DNA from: Dehalococcoidia bacterium
GTDB lineage: Bacteria > Chloroflexota > Dehalococcoidia > Lucifugimonadales > JADFKI01
Assembly (NCBI GenBank): GCA_965243355.1
Contig: OZ251547.1
Coordinates: 1,815,475-1,879,474, forward strand
Length of the DNA stretch: 64,000 nucleotides
Direction of reading: 5' to 3'
Within the stretch, counting starts at the first letter, position 1, and every line of letters begins with the position of its first letter. The translations under genes and the position numbers were made by a program. Positions 61,580-64,000 of this stretch are shown piece by piece. The notes beneath the pieces are model-generated. The model saw only the letters and a list, made by a program, of their open reading frames with translations, did no database searches and was not told the origin of the DNA.

Positions 61580-62638
61580 TTAGGGATCTACTTGGATGAG
61601 GGCGGGGAGTGTGTCGCGGGGGGTTAGTTCGCCTATGACGGCGCGGGTTTGGACGCCGGTGGCGGCTAGGGCGATTAGCAGGGCGTCTAGCTTGGCGGGG
61701 GGGACGGCTATGAGCAAGCCGCCGGAGGTTTGGGCGTCGGCTAGGAGGATGCGGGTTTGGTCGGGGATGTCGGGATGCCAGTGGACTAGGTCGGCTAGGG
61801 ATTCTAGGTTGCGGTGGGTGCCGCCGGGGGCTATGCCCTGGGCTAGGAGGTCGGGGACGCCGTGTATGACGGGGATGTCGGCGGCGCTGACGCGGGCGTT
61901 GAGGCGGCTGCCCTGGGCTATGAGGCGGAGGTGGCCTAGTAGGCCGAAGCCGGTGATGTCGGCGCAGGCGTGGACGCCGACTTGCATCATGGCGTCTGAG
62001 GCGGCGCGGTTGAGTTCGCTCATAATTTGGATGGCGTTGGCGAGGACGTCGTCGCTGACGCGCTGTTGCTTTCCGGCGGTGGTGATGATGCCTGTGCCTA
62101 TGGGTTTGGTTAGGACTAGGGCGTCGCCGGGTTGGGCGCCGGCGTTGGTTACCTGGTCGCCGGGTTTTAGGACGCCGGTGACTGATAGGCCGTATTTGGG
62201 TTCTTCGTCGTCGACGGTGTGGCCGCCTACGATTAGGACGCCGGCCTCTTGGGCTTTGGACGCGCCGCCTTTGAGGACTTCGCCTAGGATTTCGTGGGGC
62301 AAGGCGATGGGGAATCCGACGATGTTTAGGGCGAATAGGGGTTTGCCGCCCATAGCGTAGACGTCGCTGAGGGCGTTTGCGGCGGCGATTTCGCCGAATG
62401 TGAAGGGGTCGTCCACTATGGGGGGGAAGAAGTCCACGGTGGATACGAGGGCGATGTCGTCGGTTATTTTATAGACGGCGGCGTCGTCGCCGGTGTTGAT
62501 GCCGACTAGCAGGTTGGGGTCGTTTAGGGCGGGCAGTTGGCGCAGAACCTGCGCCAGGTCCTTAGGACTGAATTTGGACGCTCAACCGGCGCAGCTGGCG
62601 AGTTCGGTTAGGCGCGGGGTTTGGTTGGGGTGTGTCAA
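61580..62638 (-). CDS. selD: Selenide, water dikinase (selenophosphate synthetase), selenocysteine-containing
   Basis: The track ORF (61580..62437) starts inside the gene. Extending the frame upstream gives (M)THPNQTPRLTELASCAG-U-ASKFSPKDLAQVL...NLLVGINTGDDAAVY, which parallels E. coli SelD GAGCGCKISPKVL...NLLVGNETRDDAAVY. TTG 62638 follows a GGAGAA RBS. Confidence 0.85.
62539..62555 (-). promoter_or_regulatory. Candidate bacterial SECIS hairpin
   Basis: GGCGCAG-GUU-CUGCGCC (7 bp stem) begins about 26 nt 3-prime of the UGA on the mRNA. Confidence 0.4.
62582..62584 (-). other. In-frame UGA read as selenocysteine in selD
   Basis: TGA sits at the position equivalent to the catalytic Cys17 of E. 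coli SelD, and the reading frame is conserved on both sides. Confidence 0.75.
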
Positions 62639-62781
62639 GGTAGGTTCTCCTGGTGAATGTTGTGGTTTGCGATATGGCGGGCGCAGTAAGGCGTTGCGCC
62701 GTGTGTGCATATGATAGCGGGCGGATTGTGGGTGTCAAGGGTTGGGGGTAGCGGGATTGTGTGTTAGGGAAAGCGGGGGGA

Positions 62782-62820
62782 GCTACTTTTTGGAAAAAGT
62801 AGGCAAAACTTTTGGGTGTG
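62782..62820 (+). repeat. AT-rich dyad element, copy 11
   Basis: gctactttttggaaaaagtaggcaaaacttttgggtgtg. Lies about 145 nt upstream of the selD start (minus strand). Confidence 0.9.
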
Positions 62821-62835
62821 GGATGCAAGGCGGGC

Positions 62836-64000
62836 TTAGGGTAGGGCTGGGGGTTTGTCGCCGCGGATGGATGGGTCGTTGGCTAGGGCTAGGCGGAGTT
62901 GGGACATTGCGTCGCGGGCCTCGCCGTCTAGGCCGATGATGTCGTTTATTACGCGCCTGTCTAGTTCGATGCGGTTGGGGTCGATGGCGCAGCGGTGGAA
63001 GGGTTCAAAGGTTGTGTTTTGGAAGTCGCGCCAGATTGATAGGGCGGCGTCTAGTTGCCATTCTTGGAGTTGGCGGACGTCTAGGACGGGGATGGCGCGC
63101 AGCATTGCTTTGCTGCCGGTTCCTCGTCCGAGTTGGGAGCGATTGGATTGGTTGGCGAATTGGAGCATCCCAAGCGTGGAGTTGAGCCAGAGGGATAGCG
63201 CGGTTTCTTGCTTGCGCTTGGTTAGCGCGTTTGGTTCGCGGACGTTGACGCTGAACCAGGATCTGACGCCTAGCGCGGGTTCAGGGGTGAAGACGGATAT
63301 GACGCGCTGGGCGTTGAACCTGACGTCTCTGGTGATTTGCAGGGCGCTTGCTTGTTGCCATAGTTCGGCGTAGTTTCGGTTCGGCTGAGGGATAAGCCGC
63401 GCGTTTGGCTGCGCCGCGAGGCTTTGGTGGATGTTGGAGTCTATGCCCCAAAGCGCGGGGAATTGGGCTTGCGGGTCGTAGCCGCGATAGGCGTCAAATC
63501 TGCCTAGACCGCCGCGAATTTGCCTGTCTTGGGGGCCTATATTGCACACTTCGCCTAGCGGGGCGACGGGGATATTGCCTAGGGAGCGGATGCCGTCGAA
63601 TCGGTGGAGGACGCCGCGCTCAATGGCGGCGGCGAATTGGCATATGAGGGCGCGCTGCCATCGGGCGGCTTTCCATGGGGCGGCGTCTATGGGGGATTGC
63701 ACTATCTCGCCCCACTGGTCAGCGCCGAGCATTAGGGGGCTGCCGCCGGCTAGGGGGCCGTTGGCGAGGTGAACGGGGGAGGACGCCGTGGTGAGTATGG
63801 CGCGCGTGAGGGCTAGGGCGTCGGTTTCAGAGTCAAGGCCGTGCCATAGGTTGACGAACTTTGCGGTGTAAGTCGGCTGTTCGTCTTTTCGCAGGCGGCG
63901 CGCGACTATCAGCGTTTCCGCCATATTGGTGTCAAACGAAAATGAGGGGAGTTCGGGGTCGTGCGAGGCGATTACGAACTCTACCGCGTAGCGTTCCGTG
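62836..64000 (-). CDS. Hypothetical protein, C-terminal part only (5-prime end outside the window); target-recognition-domain-like, possibly from a DNA methyltransferase/restriction-type enzyme
   Basis: The frame stays open upstream of the track start (…TERYAVEFVIASHDPELPSFSFDTN-MAETLIV…). ALSLWLNSTLGMLQF...LRAIPVLDV resembles the LNS-containing TRD pattern of type I/IIG specificity domains; this is a weak assignment. Confidence 0.45.
   Translation of the reverse strand, partial: TERYAVEFVIASHDPELPSFSFDTNMAETLIVARRLRKDEQPTYTAKFVNLWHGLDSETDALALTRAILTTASSPVHLANGPLAGGSPLMLGADQWGEIVQSPIDAAPWKAARWQRALICQFAAAIERGVLHRFDGIRSLGNIPVAPLGEVCNIGPQDRQIRGGLGRFDAYRGYDPQAQFPALWGIDSNIHQSLAAQPNARLIPQPNRNYAELWQQASALQITRDVRFNAQRVISVFTPEPALGVRSWFSVNVREPNALTKRKQETALSLWLNSTLGMLQFANQSNRSQLGRGTGSKAMLRAIPVLDVRQLQEWQLDAALSIWRDFQNTTFEPFHRCAIDPNRIELDRRVINDIIGLDGEARDAMSQLRLALANDPSIRGDKPPALP

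Noticed and set aside
62630-62640. gtgtcaagg motif resembling the minus-strand TTGACA -35 boxes of the sRNA modules
   Set aside because: Here the TTG is the selD start codon preceded by its RBS, and no matching -10 or small RNA follows.

Overview
This is a 64 kb, visibly GC-rich bacterial chromosomal segment (GC judged by eye, not computed). It has strong GGAGG-type ribosome binding sites, a T-box leader and an F420 gene (cofE). My low-confidence guess is a Chloroflexota-like or similar Terrabacteria lineage. Most of the window is housekeeping and central metabolism: trpB, leuB, leuS, argC, argS, glpK, folB, cofE, tenA, thiS-thiE-thiG, selD, tRNA-Glu, a fur-family regulator, several oxidoreductases, two MFS transporters and peptidases. 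Many long Arg/Pro-rich ORFs in the track are antisense artefacts of the high GC content.

Five things stand out:
1. An AT-rich, dyad-symmetric element of about 40 nt occurs 11 times. All copies are on the same strand, and all lie in intergenic spacers that contain a gene start.
2. An accessory, lower-GC, all-minus-strand island lies at about 51.4-56.6 kb. It holds two copies of a module (sigma70-like promoter, then a small structured RNA, then an intrinsic terminator) that bracket a NYN nuclease gene. It also holds an intact IS1-family element with an 8 bp target duplication, a DUF1330 gene plus a duplicated remnant of its 3-prime end, a translationally coupled two-gene pair of unknown function (TA/defence-like), and two paralogous DUF4352-like envelope proteins.
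3. selD carries an in-frame UGA (selenocysteine) that splits the ORF in the supplied track.
4. A large secreted protein with plant-type LRR repeats sits in an AT-richer patch.
5. A T-box leader with a CUC specifier candidate lies upstream of leuS.

All functional calls come from my reading of the translated ORFs and remembered family motifs. No database search was run.
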